Notes: generated by a model not told the origin, from the letters alone. Counted from the stretch's first letter, positions 39,735 to 50,652 are shown. The stretch: DNA of 64,000 nucleotides from IMGVR_UViG_3300032288_004964:310001-374000; one strand, 5' to 3'. Numbers and translations are program-made.

Positions 39735-39755
39735 ACCCAACAAATATAAGGAAAA

Positions 39756-41600
39756 TTATTTTAATAGTTCAGTTTTTCTTAGATCGGAGCTTTTACCAAA
39801 CCAAATATCAAGTGATTTATCTGATACTTCATCTTTGGTAATAAGAGTCATTCTTGGTGAGTTAATAATATCTTGATACTCATCATCAACAAGTGCTGCT
39901 AAACCTTTCTTATACTTAATATCAAATTGTTTCAAATCATTCTTTTCAACAAATTCATTATATTCAGTTTGAGTATAAAAAAGAACTTTCTTTTTAGTTT
40001 TTGATTTAGGAATAGCAACTACAATAGGAGTTTCAACTTTATAAATCATTCTTCTATCAAACATATCAGGCCAATACTTATGAAAGAAGTTTAATAATAA
40101 ACTAGCAATAGAGTTACCATCAACATCAGCATCAACATAGAAAAGTATTCTACCATATCTCAAATCTCTTAAATCTACTTTCTGTCCTAACTTTAAACCA
40201 ATAGCTGCCATTAAATTAACAACCTCTTCGTTTAAAACTAGTTTTTGATTAGTCATCTCAGACACATTTACAAATTTACCTTTAAGTGCAAAAGCACCCA
40301 TAGTTTCCGGTGTTCTATATTTTCTAAAAGCAGAGATAGCTGAATCACCTTCAAATAAACCAATAGAACATTTCCAACGGTCTTTACCTTTAGCATCAAT
40401 AAGTTTCTCAACTTTAATCTTACCAAGTTTTTTATTTAAATCTCTTTGGAGTTTTGAATCTTCAGCATTTTTCTTTTGTTGAATCCAATCTAATATTGAA
40501 TTAACAATCTCAGATTTTAAAATTGATTGAATTAACTTTGTTGGTACTTCAAATGTAGAACCAAAATCTTTAACCTCAGTAATTAACTTTTCTTTTGTTT
40601 GAGAAGAGAATGATGGATTAATTACAGTAGAATCTAAAAATAGAAACATATGATTTCTTAATTCACCTGGTTTAACATCTACCTTATGTTTTTTCTGAAA
40701 ATACTCTATTAAAGAAACTTGTATTTGTCTCATAACATATTCAACATGTGTTCCACCATCATAAGTATCAGTAGAGTTAGCAAATGAAACTTGTTGAAAT
40801 CCATTTTCAGAAAGTGCAATACCTACTGACCAAGTTTTATCTTTTTTAGATTCATAAAAGTAAGTAGGAGTATATAATTTAATATAATCTTCAAATGCTT
40901 TGAAGTTAATTAATTTACCATTAAAATAAACTTTAAGATTAGTATTACAGGCTGCAATATCATAAACTCTTTTTTCAAGCATTTTGAAATGATCATCATC
41001 TATTCCTTTAAGTTCAAATTTATCAAAATCTACTAAATAATTAATTTCTGTAAATCCTTTGCTACTTTTTTTAATTTTAGCAGGTGTTCTTTTTCTCATA
41101 TTATTAGAGAAAGTTTGTGTGTAATGATTTAAACCATCACAAGTAGTTACTGTAAACTCCTTTGAATATATGTTTGTAAGAGTAGAACCTACACCATTTG
41201 TACCAGCCCAAGATCTTTCTTCACTATCATCAAAGTTAGAACCTGCTTTAAGATTAGAAAAAATCATTTCGGGAATCCATTCTTTGTGTTGTGTGTGTTT
41301 TACAACAGGAATACCACCGTTATCCCAGATGTTTATATAATTTGTTTCCCTATTAATATCTACTTTAATAGTATTTAATTTAGATTCTTTTCTTTTACTT
41401 TCATCAACTGAGTTAGTAACAATCTCATCAAATATTTTTAATAAACCAGGATTATAGGTTACTTCTTTTTGAATCATCTTATCTTCTTCAATAATCCATT
41501 TATTTGCTTTGTGTGGCTTAATTGAGCCAATATACATACCAGGTCTTAATATAACATGGTCAATGTCATCTAACTTTTGAAACTTTTTATCTACTGACAT
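39756..41600 (-). CDS. Type II DNA topoisomerase, ATPase/TOPRIM subunit (T4 gp39+60-like)
   Basis: RPGMYIGS, EIVTNSVDE, GTNGVG, EGDSA, DADVDG, KKGL. Confidence 0.95.
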   Translation of the reverse strand: MSVDKKFQKLDDIDHVILRPGMYIGSIKPHKANKWIIEEDKMIQKEVTYNPGLLKIFDEIVTNSVDESKRKESKLNTIKVDINRETNYINIWDNGGIPVVKHTQHKEWIPEMIFSNLKAGSNFDDSEERSWAGTNGVGSTLTNIYSKEFTVTTCDGLNHYTQTFSNNMRKRTPAKIKKSSKGFTEINYLVDFDKFELKGIDDDHFKMLEKRVYDIAACNTNLKVYFNGKLINFKAFEDYIKLYTPTYFYESKKDKTWSVGIALSENGFQQVSFANSTDTYDGGTHVEYVMRQIQVSLIEYFQKKHKVDVKPGELRNHMFLFLDSTVINPSFSSQTKEKLITEVKDFGSTFEVPTKLIQSILKSEIVNSILDWIQQKKNAEDSKLQRDLNKKLGKIKVEKLIDAKGKDRWKCSIGLFEGDSAISAFRKYRTPETMGAFALKGKFVNVSEMTNQKLVLNEEVVNLMAAIGLKLGQKVDLRDLRYGRILFYVDADVDGNSIASLLLNFFHKYWPDMFDRRMIYKVETPIVVAIPKSKTKKKVLFYTQTEYNEFVEKNDLKQFDIKYKKGLAALVDDEYQDIINSPRMTLITKDEVSDKSLDIWFGKSSDLRKTELLK

Positions 41601-41656
41601 TAATTTAATTTAAAGATTTTGAGTATATATAGTAAAATTCTGGATTTGTTTTAAAA

Positions 41657-42361
41657 TTACAATTTAGAAATAACAGGATCATTATTATCAACACCTTTAA
41701 TTGGAATTGGTGGATTTACATCAAAATTCTTATTAATAAAAGTCTTTAACTTATTTTCTATAAAGTGGTCAGGAACCTCACCATCTGGATTCATTAATTC
41801 CATTTCTAAACTAAGTTCTGTTGAAAATCTATCTAAAACTTCTGGCTTAATAGCCTCAACTAATCTATCAGAAACAACAAAAGCTCTTGTAAATCTATCT
41901 TTAAGTGGAACTTCTCCTTCTGGTAATTTCATATAAATATCTATCATCTTCTTCAAAAAGTCTGTATATTTTGAATGCGGGTTTATATAATTAAATATTG
42001 GATCAAATACTCTACGAAACATTCTAGATGTACCAAATACAATTCCAACAATTGCTACTATTGGAAAGAATGGAACAAGAGCTAATGGTATAGCAGATGG
42101 TAGAATATTAAATATACCTTTTTTTATGTCTGTTTTTCTTTTAGCATCAATAGCATCTTTAAAGATAGCATTTAACATACCAAATGTAAACTTTTCACCT
42201 TTTTCATTTAAGTAATGGCCAAGATGACCATTTTTTGCTAAGTGAACTTGTTTGTTTAATTCATCTTCATCACTAACTCCCATTTCAATTAACTTAGCTC
42301 TGATATTTCTATCATATCTTTCTAAAATTAAAAAATGGTTATATCTCTTTAATGTGCGCAT
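41657..42361 (-). CDS. Hypothetical protein with N-terminal leader and hydrophobic hairpin
   Basis: MRTLKRYNHFLILE; lies between the topoisomerase genes. Confidence 0.55.
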   Translation of the reverse strand: MRTLKRYNHFLILERYDRNIRAKLIEMGVSDEDELNKQVHLAKNGHLGHYLNEKGEKFTFGMLNAIFKDAIDAKRKTDIKKGIFNILPSAIPLALVPFFPIVAIVGIVFGTSRMFRRVFDPIFNYINPHSKYTDFLKKMIDIYMKLPEGEVPLKDRFTRAFVVSDRLVEAIKPEVLDRFSTELSLEMELMNPDGEVPDHFIENKLKTFINKNFDVNPPIPIKGVDNNDPVISKL

Positions 42362-42397
42362 AAAAAACAAAATAAACTTTTTATTATATATAAAACT

Positions 42398-43741
42398 ATG
42401 GTAACAGAAAAAAGTATTACAGAATTCTTATCCAATGAGTACAAAGAATTTGCGATGTATTCAATTGAAGGCCGTGCTATTCCTTCGGTTATTGATGGTT
42501 TTAAACCAACTCAAAGAAAAATTATACACGGATCATCTCAGATTTGGAAAACAGGAAATGAAAAAACCTTAAAGATATTTCAACTATCTGGATATATTGC
42601 AGCAAATTGTTTTTATCATCACGGTGATGCGTCATTATCAAATGCCATTATTAATATGGCCCAGAGATTTAAGAACAATGCCCCTCTTTTAGAAGAAGAA
42701 GGTCAGTTTGGTTCTTTAAGATCACCACAAGCTGGTGCTCCTCGTTACATAGGTACTAAATTATCTGATAACTTTAGACTAATCTATAAAGACTTTGACC
42801 TATTAGATTATAAAGAAGAAGAAGGTGAGTCAATTGAACCTAAATACTTTTTACCTATTGTTCCAGCTGTTTTATTAAATGGTTCATCAGGTATTGCTGT
42901 AGGATTTGCCTCTAATGTTTTAAATAGAGATATTAAGTCTATTATAGATGCTTGTATTAAAGTTTTAGCTGGTAAAAATCCAGGTGAAGTTAAACCATCT
43001 TTAAATGAGTTTACTGGAGAATTTATACAAGATAAAGAAAATAACAAAAGATGGATTATTAGAGGTAGATTTGAAAGAGCTAATACAACAACTGTTAAAA
43101 TTAGTGAACTTCCTCCTTCAATGACTTATGAGAAGTATGAGGAAATATTAGATAAGTTAGCGGATGATAAACTAATTGTCTCTTATGATGATAATTGCAA
43201 AGATAATATTGATTATGTTATTAAATTCACCAGAGCAGATTTAGAGAAATTAGATGATGAAAAATTAGTTAAGTTATTGAAACTTGAAGAATCATCAACT
43301 GAGATTTTCTCAACACTAGATGAGAATGGTAAATTAAAAATATTTGAAAATACATCTGATATTATTAAATACTTTGTTGATTTTAGATTAACTTATTACC
43401 ATAAAAGAAAACAATTCCTCTTAGACAAAATGAATCGTGACCTTAAAATATTAGGTAACAGAGGTAGATTTATTAAAGCGATTCTTGATGGTAAGTTAAA
43501 AGTAAATAATGTTCCAAAGGTTCAAATTATTGAAGGAATTGAAGCAATGAGTTTAGATAAGATAGATGATTCTTATGACTATCTTTTAAGAATGCCTATC
43601 TACTCTTTAACAAAAGAAGTATTTGATAAATTAAAAGAAGATTTTTCAGCTAAGAAAGAAGAAATAAAAGCTTTAGAAGCAACTGATCCTAAAGATATGT
43701 ATGTTCAGGATTTAACTGAATTAAAAAAGAAATTTAAATGA
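42398..43741 (+). CDS. Type II DNA topoisomerase, breakage-reunion subunit (T4 gp52-like)
   Basis: RAIPSVIDGFKPTQRK, YHHGD, APRYI (catalytic Tyr), NGSSGIAVGF. Confidence 0.95.
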   Translation: MVTEKSITEFLSNEYKEFAMYSIEGRAIPSVIDGFKPTQRKIIHGSSQIWKTGNEKTLKIFQLSGYIAANCFYHHGDASLSNAIINMAQRFKNNAPLLEEEGQFGSLRSPQAGAPRYIGTKLSDNFRLIYKDFDLLDYKEEEGESIEPKYFLPIVPAVLLNGSSGIAVGFASNVLNRDIKSIIDACIKVLAGKNPGEVKPSLNEFTGEFIQDKENNKRWIIRGRFERANTTTVKISELPPSMTYEKYEEILDKLADDKLIVSYDDNCKDNIDYVIKFTRADLEKLDDEKLVKLLKLEESSTEIFSTLDENGKLKIFENTSDIIKYFVDFRLTYYHKRKQFLLDKMNRDLKILGNRGRFIKAILDGKLKVNNVPKVQIIEGIEAMSLDKIDDSYDYLLRMPIYSLTKEVFDKLKEDFSAKKEEIKALEATDPKDMYVQDLTELKKKFK

Positions 43742-43887
43742 GACCACATAGAACTTGGTTTAAAATAATATTTAATCCTATTTTAAGAAAGTTTGGATGG
43801 TCTATTGTTAGTGTATTTGATGGTGATGAATTAAAAGGATATCAATTAAGAAGATACCCAGAAAACTGCGAAGTGTTAAAAAAATAG
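43738..43887 (+). CDS. 49-aa hypothetical protein (not in ORF track)
   Basis: ATGA overlap with topoisomerase stop; MRPHRTWFKIIFNPILRKFGW...; ends TAG TAA. Confidence 0.45.
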   Translation: MRPHRTWFKIIFNPILRKFGWSIVSVFDGDELKGYQLRRYPENCEVLKK

Positions 43888-43898
43888 TAAACTAACTT

Positions 43899-44264
43899 AT
43901 GAATCAAAGATCAATTAATCTTTCACCTTGGAAAGAAATATCTATTACTAGAAGAATGCAACATCATACTATGATTGATGTTGCTACAATCATTATTGGT
44001 TATAATGATTATTACTTTTATATCCAAGATGATATTGAGAAGATAATTGATGTTAGTTGTATGCCTAACTATATTAAAGAAGATTGGGTTAATTATAATA
44101 AAAAAGAATTAACAATTAATATAGTAGAAGACCATATAAAAAAGTATGTTGATTTAAGAGATTCTGAAATTTATTTAGAAGTACCTAATCAAACTTATGA
44201 TGATATTATAAATGAGCTACAATCAATTAAAAGAGATTTAATAATTAAAAAGATTATTATTTAA
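43899..44264 (+). CDS. Hypothetical protein with C-terminal tag
   Basis: Ends KRDLIIKKIII. Confidence 0.55.
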   Translation: MNQRSINLSPWKEISITRRMQHHTMIDVATIIIGYNDYYFYIQDDIEKIIDVSCMPNYIKEDWVNYNKKELTINIVEDHIKKYVDLRDSEIYLEVPNQTYDDIINELQSIKRDLIIKKIII

Positions 44265-44286
44265 TTTATTTCCTTATATTTGTAAT

Positions 44287-44457
44287 ATGGAAAATTTACA
44301 AAGAGAAAGAGTGAGTCTTAATGAGTTTGCTCCGCTTAATACAAAAGACTGCCAAAACATGTGTGAAAGAGATGTACTTATGACTAAACAGGGTCCAGTT
44401 ATTATATGTCACGCCTGTAAAAGAATTGTAATGGATAATAGAAATCAAATTAAATAA
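44287..44457 (+). CDS. 56-aa Cys-containing (possible Zn-binding) protein (not in ORF track)
   Basis: CQNMC...CHAC; ATG 4 nt after TATATTTG. Confidence 0.55.
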   Translation: MENLQRERVSLNEFAPLNTKDCQNMCERDVLMTKQGPVIICHACKRIVMDNRNQIK

Positions 44458-44461
44458 TAAT

Positions 44462-45061
44462 ATGTTCCAATCATCAAAAACCGTTAAACAACTATTTTAT
44501 ATCAACTTTATAGTTTTCATTATTGGAATTCTATTACAATTAGTTGGTTTTCCATTCTATAAGGTATTTGCCTTGTATCCACCCGGCAGTCCAAACTTTG
44601 AAATATATCAGTTTATAACTTATATGTTTTTACACTCTGGTATATTACACATAGTTTTTAATATGTTAGCACTGGCTTCTTTTGGTCATATAACTGAGGA
44701 TTATTTTGGTAGAAACAAATTCATTTTATTTTATTTAACAACTGGTATAGGTGCAACCTTATTACATCTTTTAATGACTAATAGTCAATTACCAATGGTT
44801 GGTGCGTCTGGTGCTATTTATGGTATATTAGTAGTATCAGCTTTAATAAGTCCAAATGAGAAAGTAAGTATATTTCCAATTCCTATTGGAATTAAGTTAA
44901 AGTATTTAATATCTTCTTTATTTGTGATGGAAATACTTTTAGGGTTTCTATCAACAGGTGATGGTGTTGGGCACTTTGCACATGTAGGCGGTGGATTAAC
45001 AGGTATTTTATTTTATTTAATTAGCAGAAAATTTTCACCAAAAAAGAAAAGATGGTCATGA
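44462..45061 (+). CDS. Rhomboid intramembrane serine protease
   Basis: TYMFLH, HIVFNM, GASGA, AHVGG; multiple TM helices. Confidence 0.93.
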   Translation: MFQSSKTVKQLFYINFIVFIIGILLQLVGFPFYKVFALYPPGSPNFEIYQFITYMFLHSGILHIVFNMLALASFGHITEDYFGRNKFILFYLTTGIGATLLHLLMTNSQLPMVGASGAIYGILVVSALISPNEKVSIFPIPIGIKLKYLISSLFVMEILLGFLSTGDGVGHFAHVGGGLTGILFYLISRKFSPKKKRWS

Positions 45062-45636
45062 AAAAATTATTAATATTAGATATGGATGAAACTCTATTAC
45101 ACACAGAGACTTCCAGAGAGATTGATTACTTACCTGAAGGATCATATGATTTTAAGTTTCCTTTAGGAGGAGGTGGTTGGTCAAATGATGAACATTGGTA
45201 CTTCACACTTAAAAGACCTTTTTTAGATGAATTTATGAAATATGCCTTTGATAACTTTAAGGTTGCTATCTGGACAGCAGGTGGATCCGATTATGCTTCA
45301 GAAGCTATTTCAAGAGCTGGAATTGATAAAAGTAAATTAGAATTCTTTTGGACTCGTGAAAGATGTACTATGAAATATGATTTTGAAACAGGATTTAGTT
45401 ATGGTGTTAAGAATTTAGAAAAAGTTCATAAATCACTTGGATGGGATTTGAATAATGTCTTAATTGTTGATGATGTTCAAAAAACAGCAATTAATAATTA
45501 TGGTAACTTAATTCATATTAAAGAGTTCTACAATGATAGAAATGATATTGAGTTAAAAAAACTAATGAACTATTTAGATAGAATTAAAGATTCTCCTAAT
45601 TTTAGGAGTATTGAAAAAAGAGGTTGGTCTAATTAA
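45052..45636 (+). CDS. FCP1/NIF-type HAD phosphatase
   Basis: LILDMDETLLH, KRPFLDEF, WTAG...YA, IVDD. Confidence 0.85.
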   Translation: MVMKKLLILDMDETLLHTETSREIDYLPEGSYDFKFPLGGGGWSNDEHWYFTLKRPFLDEFMKYAFDNFKVAIWTAGGSDYASEAISRAGIDKSKLEFFWTRERCTMKYDFETGFSYGVKNLEKVHKSLGWDLNNVLIVDDVQKTAINNYGNLIHIKEFYNDRNDIELKKLMNYLDRIKDSPNFRSIEKRGWSN

Positions 45637-45751
45637 AAATATATCTAAAATTTTTAGATATATTTTTTTTACATTTTTGATTATTATATATACTATGTAA
45701 TCTCAATCCAGAGTATATAGGGTTAGAGACAAAAAAATCATAATTAAAATT

Positions 45752-47440
45752 ATGAAAAATTTATGTCTTTTATTATTATTTATAATTATTTCACCTAAAA
45801 TTGGTAAATCTCAAATGTGTAATACCACTCCAACAAATATGGGTGGTTTAACACTAACGGGCACTTGGCAAAATGCCGCTGCCGCTTCCGGTGCTAAAAG
45901 ATACTGGACATTTAATGCGACTGCTGGATGTACCTATGACTTTAGTTCTTGTAATAGTATAAATACAAATGATACTTATTTAAGATTATACTCTGGTACA
46001 AATCCACTGACTGCTGTTTTACAAACTTCTAATGATGATAATGGTCCTTGGTGTACTGGTACAAAAGCTTCTATTTCTTGGGTTTGTCCAACAACTGGTG
46101 CTTATTCTATATTATTGACAAATTATTCTTGTGCTAACATATCTTCAAACTCTATTTTAAGTTATAGACAAATATGCGCACCTCCTTATAATCCATGTTT
46201 AACAATACCATCAATTAATTGTGGTGTTTTAACTAATTTATCTGTATCATCTGGTAATGGTATATACAATCCGCCATCAACTACTTGTGGTTTCTCAACA
46301 CCTGGTAAAGAATATATCTACTCATTTACACCAACTGTAACTGGTAACTATCAAATATCACAACCTACAAGTTTTGGATATATTGATTACTTTTATAAGT
46401 TAGCATCTGGTGGTTGTAATGGTACTGGTTGGACTTGTATAGATGATATCTCAAATGCCAATGTTGGTAATGCTAATGTAAATATTGCTTTAACATCTGG
46501 TGTTACATATTATATCTTATTAGATCCAGAATCTACCGCTGGTGGATCAGTTTCTTTTAGTATAACTTGTCCAGCTCCTGTAATACCCCCTGCTAATAAT
46601 GACTGTTCTGGTGCTATATCTATAGCATCCTTACCTTATAGTAGTGGTATTGTTTCAAATAATAATGCAACAGATGATGTGCCAACTTCAACATCTGGTT
46701 GTAGTACACAAGGATCAAATGTTTGGTATACTGTAGTTGGTAATGGTAATAACTTAACAGATACAACTTGTAACGCTTCTACTAATTTTGATACTGAGGT
46801 AAGAGTTTATACTGGAAATTGTTCGTCATTAAATAGTATGGTTGAAGTTACTTGTAATGATGATTATTCATCTTGTGCTAGTAGTGGTCTGCAATCAAGT
46901 GTTAGTTGGTGTTCTCAAGTAGGTATAACTTATTATATTTCGGTTGGGTATTTTGCGTCTGGTGTTGGTTATGGTAATTATGTTTTGAGTGTAACAGATG
47001 GTGTTTCTTGCTCACCATTACCAATAGAATTAATTAGTTTTACTGGAAATTTAACAGAAGATAATAGTGTTTTATTAAAATGGACAACTGAAACAGAAAG
47101 AAATAATAATTACTTTCTTGTTGAAAAATCATTAGATGCTGTTAATTGGTCTAATGTATCAAGAGTACAAGCTGCTGGAAATTCACTGTATAGAATAGAT
47201 TATTCAACTATTGATAATAGTCCTACTATTGGAGTTAATTATTATAAATTAACACAAGTTGATTATGATGGTCAAAGAGAATCTTTTAATATCATAGCGG
47301 TAGAGCTAGTAATAGATATGGAAAAATGTTCAGATACATTTTATGATTTAATGGGTAGAGTAATAGATATTACAATTGCATCACCTGGTGTTTATTTACA
47401 AAAGTGTAATGGTGGGTATAAAAAGATAATTAAAAGATAA
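45752..47440 (+). CDS. Secreted Cys-rich Bacteroidota-type surface protein, probable T9SS substrate
   Basis: Signal peptide; PANNDC..A repeats; PLPIELISFTG...YYKLTQVDYDG Ig-like domain; short CTD-like end YDLMGR...GVY. Confidence 0.75.
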   Translation: MKNLCLLLLFIIISPKIGKSQMCNTTPTNMGGLTLTGTWQNAAAASGAKRYWTFNATAGCTYDFSSCNSINTNDTYLRLYSGTNPLTAVLQTSNDDNGPWCTGTKASISWVCPTTGAYSILLTNYSCANISSNSILSYRQICAPPYNPCLTIPSINCGVLTNLSVSSGNGIYNPPSTTCGFSTPGKEYIYSFTPTVTGNYQISQPTSFGYIDYFYKLASGGCNGTGWTCIDDISNANVGNANVNIALTSGVTYYILLDPESTAGGSVSFSITCPAPVIPPANNDCSGAISIASLPYSSGIVSNNNATDDVPTSTSGCSTQGSNVWYTVVGNGNNLTDTTCNASTNFDTEVRVYTGNCSSLNSMVEVTCNDDYSSCASSGLQSSVSWCSQVGITYYISVGYFASGVGYGNYVLSVTDGVSCSPLPIELISFTGNLTEDNSVLLKWTTETERNNNYFLVEKSLDAVNWSNVSRVQAAGNSLYRIDYSTIDNSPTIGVNYYKLTQVDYDGQRESFNIIAVELVIDMEKCSDTFYDLMGRVIDITIASPGVYLQKCNGGYKKIIKR

Positions 47441-47567
47441 TAATTAAAACAAAAATAAATATTAAAAATATACAAATTATATTATATTAATTTTTCTAGA
47501 TTTAAGATATTATGAGGTATCGAATTTCAATCTATATGATATAATTATATTAAATTAAACCCAAATT

Positions 47568-50264
47568 ATGAAAAAATTGCTTTTAATAGCAACATTCTTG
47601 ATTACAAGCCTGTTGTCTTATTCTCAAGCACCTGCTAATGATAATTGTAGCGGTGCTCAAAGTCTCGGAACACTTCCAACACCAGCCGCCTGTCCAAGTG
47701 GTATTGGTTCATCGGTCAATGTTTCAGGTACAAATATTAATGCGACAGGACCATTGCCATATACAACATTATTAGGATGTCAGACTGGTGGTAATCAGCC
47801 TGGTCCAGCTTTAGATGTATGGTACTCTTTTGTTGCATCAGGTAATCAAGTTAATATAAATATAACACCTGGTTCTGCTCCATTTTTAGCAAGTCCGGCT
47901 ATTACACTTTGGACAGGATCTTGTGGGGCTTTAGTAGGATTTAACTGTGATAATAATGGAACTTTAACTGGTAATAATTCAGTTACATTTCAACCCATGA
48001 CACCTGGTCAAACATATTACATACAAATAAGTGGTATGAATGCTACTAATCAGGGAAATTTCAACTTATCTGTGAATTCTTCTAATGATTGTAATAATTG
48101 TTTACAAGTTGCTAATCTAACAGTTAGTCCTGCTCCCACAAATGGAACTTACCCACCAAATACAACAGTTAATTTTTGCTATAATATTTCTTCTTTTACT
48201 CAAGTAAGTTCCAATTGGTTACATGGAGTAATACCTACTTTTGGGTGTGGGTGGAATTTATCTACACTTACTACAACACCTGCCGCATCTTGTTCTGGTA
48301 GTGGAACTTGGAGTTGGTATCCATCTTGGACCAGTTCAGCAAATGGTTCTACTTGGGGACCTGGATTTGCTTATGATTATAATACATCTCCTGGCAATCC
48401 TGGTAATAACTTTGGTGATAACTGTTCAACTCCTAATTGGAACTTTTGTTGGTCTATTAAAACAAAAGCTGTTTGTAGTCCAACTTGTACAAACTTAAAT
48501 ATTAATATCAATACAACCGGTGATGGTGAGTCTGGATCTTGGACATCAGTAGCTTGTCTAGGTGATCCAAACTATCAATTTGCAGCAGTTATGTCTTGTT
48601 GTAGTTCAACTGCATCCAGTACAAATCCAACTTGTTTTGGTGGTTCTAATGGTTCAGCAACTGCTATTCCTGGTTCAACCGGTGTTCCTCCATTTACATA
48701 TTCTTGGAATACAGTTCCCACACAGACTACACAAACTGCTACTAATTTAAGTGCTGGGGCATATACCTGCACAGTTACTGATTTTAATGGATGTACTTCT
48801 ACTTGTAATGTTACTATTTCAAATCCTCCTCAAATTTTAGTACCAGTAACACAATCAAATGTAACTTGTTTCGGCGGTTCTAATGGATCAGCAACTGCTA
48901 ACCCATCTGGTGGAGTTGGTCCTTATACTTATTCTTGGAATACAGTTCCTACACAAACTACACAAACTGCTACTAATCTAATACCTGGTACATATACTGT
49001 AACTGTGGCAAGCTCAAATGGTTGTATAAAAACAAACACAGTTAGTATTACTCAACCAACGGCAATAGTTGTAACTACTTCAACTACCAGTGCTTCTTGT
49101 GGTAATTCAAATGGTTCAGCAACTGCTAACCCATCTGGTGTTGGTCCTTATACCTATTCTTGGAACACAACACCAGTTCAAACTACACAAACGGCAACAA
49201 ATATACCATTTGGTAGTTATACTGTTACTGTTACAAATAGTAGTGGATGTACTGGGACAACAACTGCTAATGTACCATCAACTGGTAGTGTAAGTGCTAC
49301 TTCAACATCAACACCAACAAGTTGTTTTGGTAGTTCAGATGGTTCTGCCACTGCTAATGGATTTGGAGGTACTTTATATACATATCTTTGGAATACAACA
49401 CCACCTCAAACAAGTCAAACAATTACTGGATTACCAGCGGGCGTTTATACTTGTACTATATCAAGTGCTGCTTGTAATGCAACAACAACTATTATAGTTA
49501 CCGAACCACCTATTATAAATGTAACATACTCAACTACTCCATTATCTGGGTGTGTACCATTAGCAGTAACATATAATAATACAACTCCAGGTATATCAAA
49601 TTGTAGTTGGAATATAAATGGTGTGATTACTAATAGTTGTAATGTTACTCAAGTATTTACATCAGGTGGAACATATAACTCAACACTAACTGTAACTGAT
49701 GCTAATGGTTGTTCAAATTCAACAGGTCCAATAGTTGCTAATGCTTACCCTATTCCATTTGCTTCTTTTTCTCCAAATCCATCAGTAACTAATTTATTAT
49801 CACCAACTATTACATTTGATAATATGAGTTCGGGTGGTAGTTATTTTTGGAATTTTGGTGATGGTAACACATCAAGTAGTCTAAATCCTACAAACACATA
49901 TGCTGATACAGGAACATATGTGATTAATCTAACAGTAACTAGTCAATATGGTTGTTCTGATTCAACCTATTCTACAATACATATAACTGATATTCTCTCT
50001 GTTTATATACCTAATGCTTTTACACCTAATGGTGATGGTAAGAATGATTCATTTTTACCAATTATTTTAGGATTTGATAAATATGAATATTGGATATTTG
50101 ACCGTTGGGGTGAAATGATATTCAATACAAATTCTGGTAGATCTTGGGATGGAACTTATAAAGGTAAATTAGTTCAACAAGATGTTTATATTTGTAAGTT
50201 AGTAGTTTATGATTTAAATAAGAAAAAGTATGAATATACTAATCACATTTCTTTAATTAGATAA
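47568..50264 (+). CDS. Secreted adhesin-like protein with SprB repeats, PKD domains and gliding-motility-associated (type B T9SS) CTD
   Basis: Signal peptide; repeated TCFGGSNGSATA..PYTYSW; WNFGDG; YIPNAFTPNGDGKND...IFDRWG...WDG. Confidence 0.9.
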   Translation: MKKLLLIATFLITSLLSYSQAPANDNCSGAQSLGTLPTPAACPSGIGSSVNVSGTNINATGPLPYTTLLGCQTGGNQPGPALDVWYSFVASGNQVNINITPGSAPFLASPAITLWTGSCGALVGFNCDNNGTLTGNNSVTFQPMTPGQTYYIQISGMNATNQGNFNLSVNSSNDCNNCLQVANLTVSPAPTNGTYPPNTTVNFCYNISSFTQVSSNWLHGVIPTFGCGWNLSTLTTTPAASCSGSGTWSWYPSWTSSANGSTWGPGFAYDYNTSPGNPGNNFGDNCSTPNWNFCWSIKTKAVCSPTCTNLNININTTGDGESGSWTSVACLGDPNYQFAAVMSCCSSTASSTNPTCFGGSNGSATAIPGSTGVPPFTYSWNTVPTQTTQTATNLSAGAYTCTVTDFNGCTSTCNVTISNPPQILVPVTQSNVTCFGGSNGSATANPSGGVGPYTYSWNTVPTQTTQTATNLIPGTYTVTVASSNGCIKTNTVSITQPTAIVVTTSTTSASCGNSNGSATANPSGVGPYTYSWNTTPVQTTQTATNIPFGSYTVTVTNSSGCTGTTTANVPSTGSVSATSTSTPTSCFGSSDGSATANGFGGTLYTYLWNTTPPQTSQTITGLPAGVYTCTISSAACNATTTIIVTEPPIINVTYSTTPLSGCVPLAVTYNNTTPGISNCSWNINGVITNSCNVTQVFTSGGTYNSTLTVTDANGCSNSTGPIVANAYPIPFASFSPNPSVTNLLSPTITFDNMSSGGSYFWNFGDGNTSSSLNPTNTYADTGTYVINLTVTSQYGCSDSTYSTIHITDILSVYIPNAFTPNGDGKNDSFLPIILGFDKYEYWIFDRWGEMIFNTNSGRSWDGTYKGKLVQQDVYICKLVVYDLNKKKYEYTNHISLIR

Positions 50265-50283
50265 TTTTTCTTATATTTGTAAA

Positions 50284-50652
50284 ATGAGAAAAGAGAGTAT
50301 TATTGAAATGATTGATAAAAGAATTGTAGATTCTTATGTTCAAGGTATTGCAACATCTTCTATTATAGAAGATATGAGTACTCGTATTAGAAATATGTCT
50401 ACCGTTGTTAAAATGGAAGGACTTGATTTATCAACTCTTCTTCAAAAAGAATTTGAAGAATTAGATAATGAGGATATTAAAGTAAGAGCAAAATATAGTG
50501 TATTTTATATTAAACACTCTACTCAAAGAATTAAAGATTTAAATTGGTTGGATTCTAAAAAGAAATCTTTTTTTGGATACTCAAATTCACAAATATTTAA
50601 GTTAATAAAACTAAAGGAAAAACTTTTAGTGAAACATAGTATGCCGTTTTAA
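50284..50652 (+). CDS. Hypothetical protein
   Basis: ATG 4 nt after TATATTTG. Confidence 0.55.
   Translation: MRKESIIEMIDKRIVDSYVQGIATSSIIEDMSTRIRNMSTVVKMEGLDLSTLLQKEFEELDNEDIKVRAKYSVFYIKHSTQRIKDLNWLDSKKKSFFGYSNSQIFKLIKLKEKLLVKHSMPF

Noticed and set aside
48241-49497. Alternative-frame ORFs inside the adhesin gene
   Set aside because: Shadow ORFs caused by biased Thr/Ser/Gly codon usage.
48600-49500. Repeated DNA blocks (TATTCTTGGAATACAGTTCC, GGTTCAGCAACTGCTA) as CRISPR or tandem repeat
   Set aside because: They are in-frame SprB protein repeats, degenerate at third positions; no CRISPR array was seen anywhere in the window.
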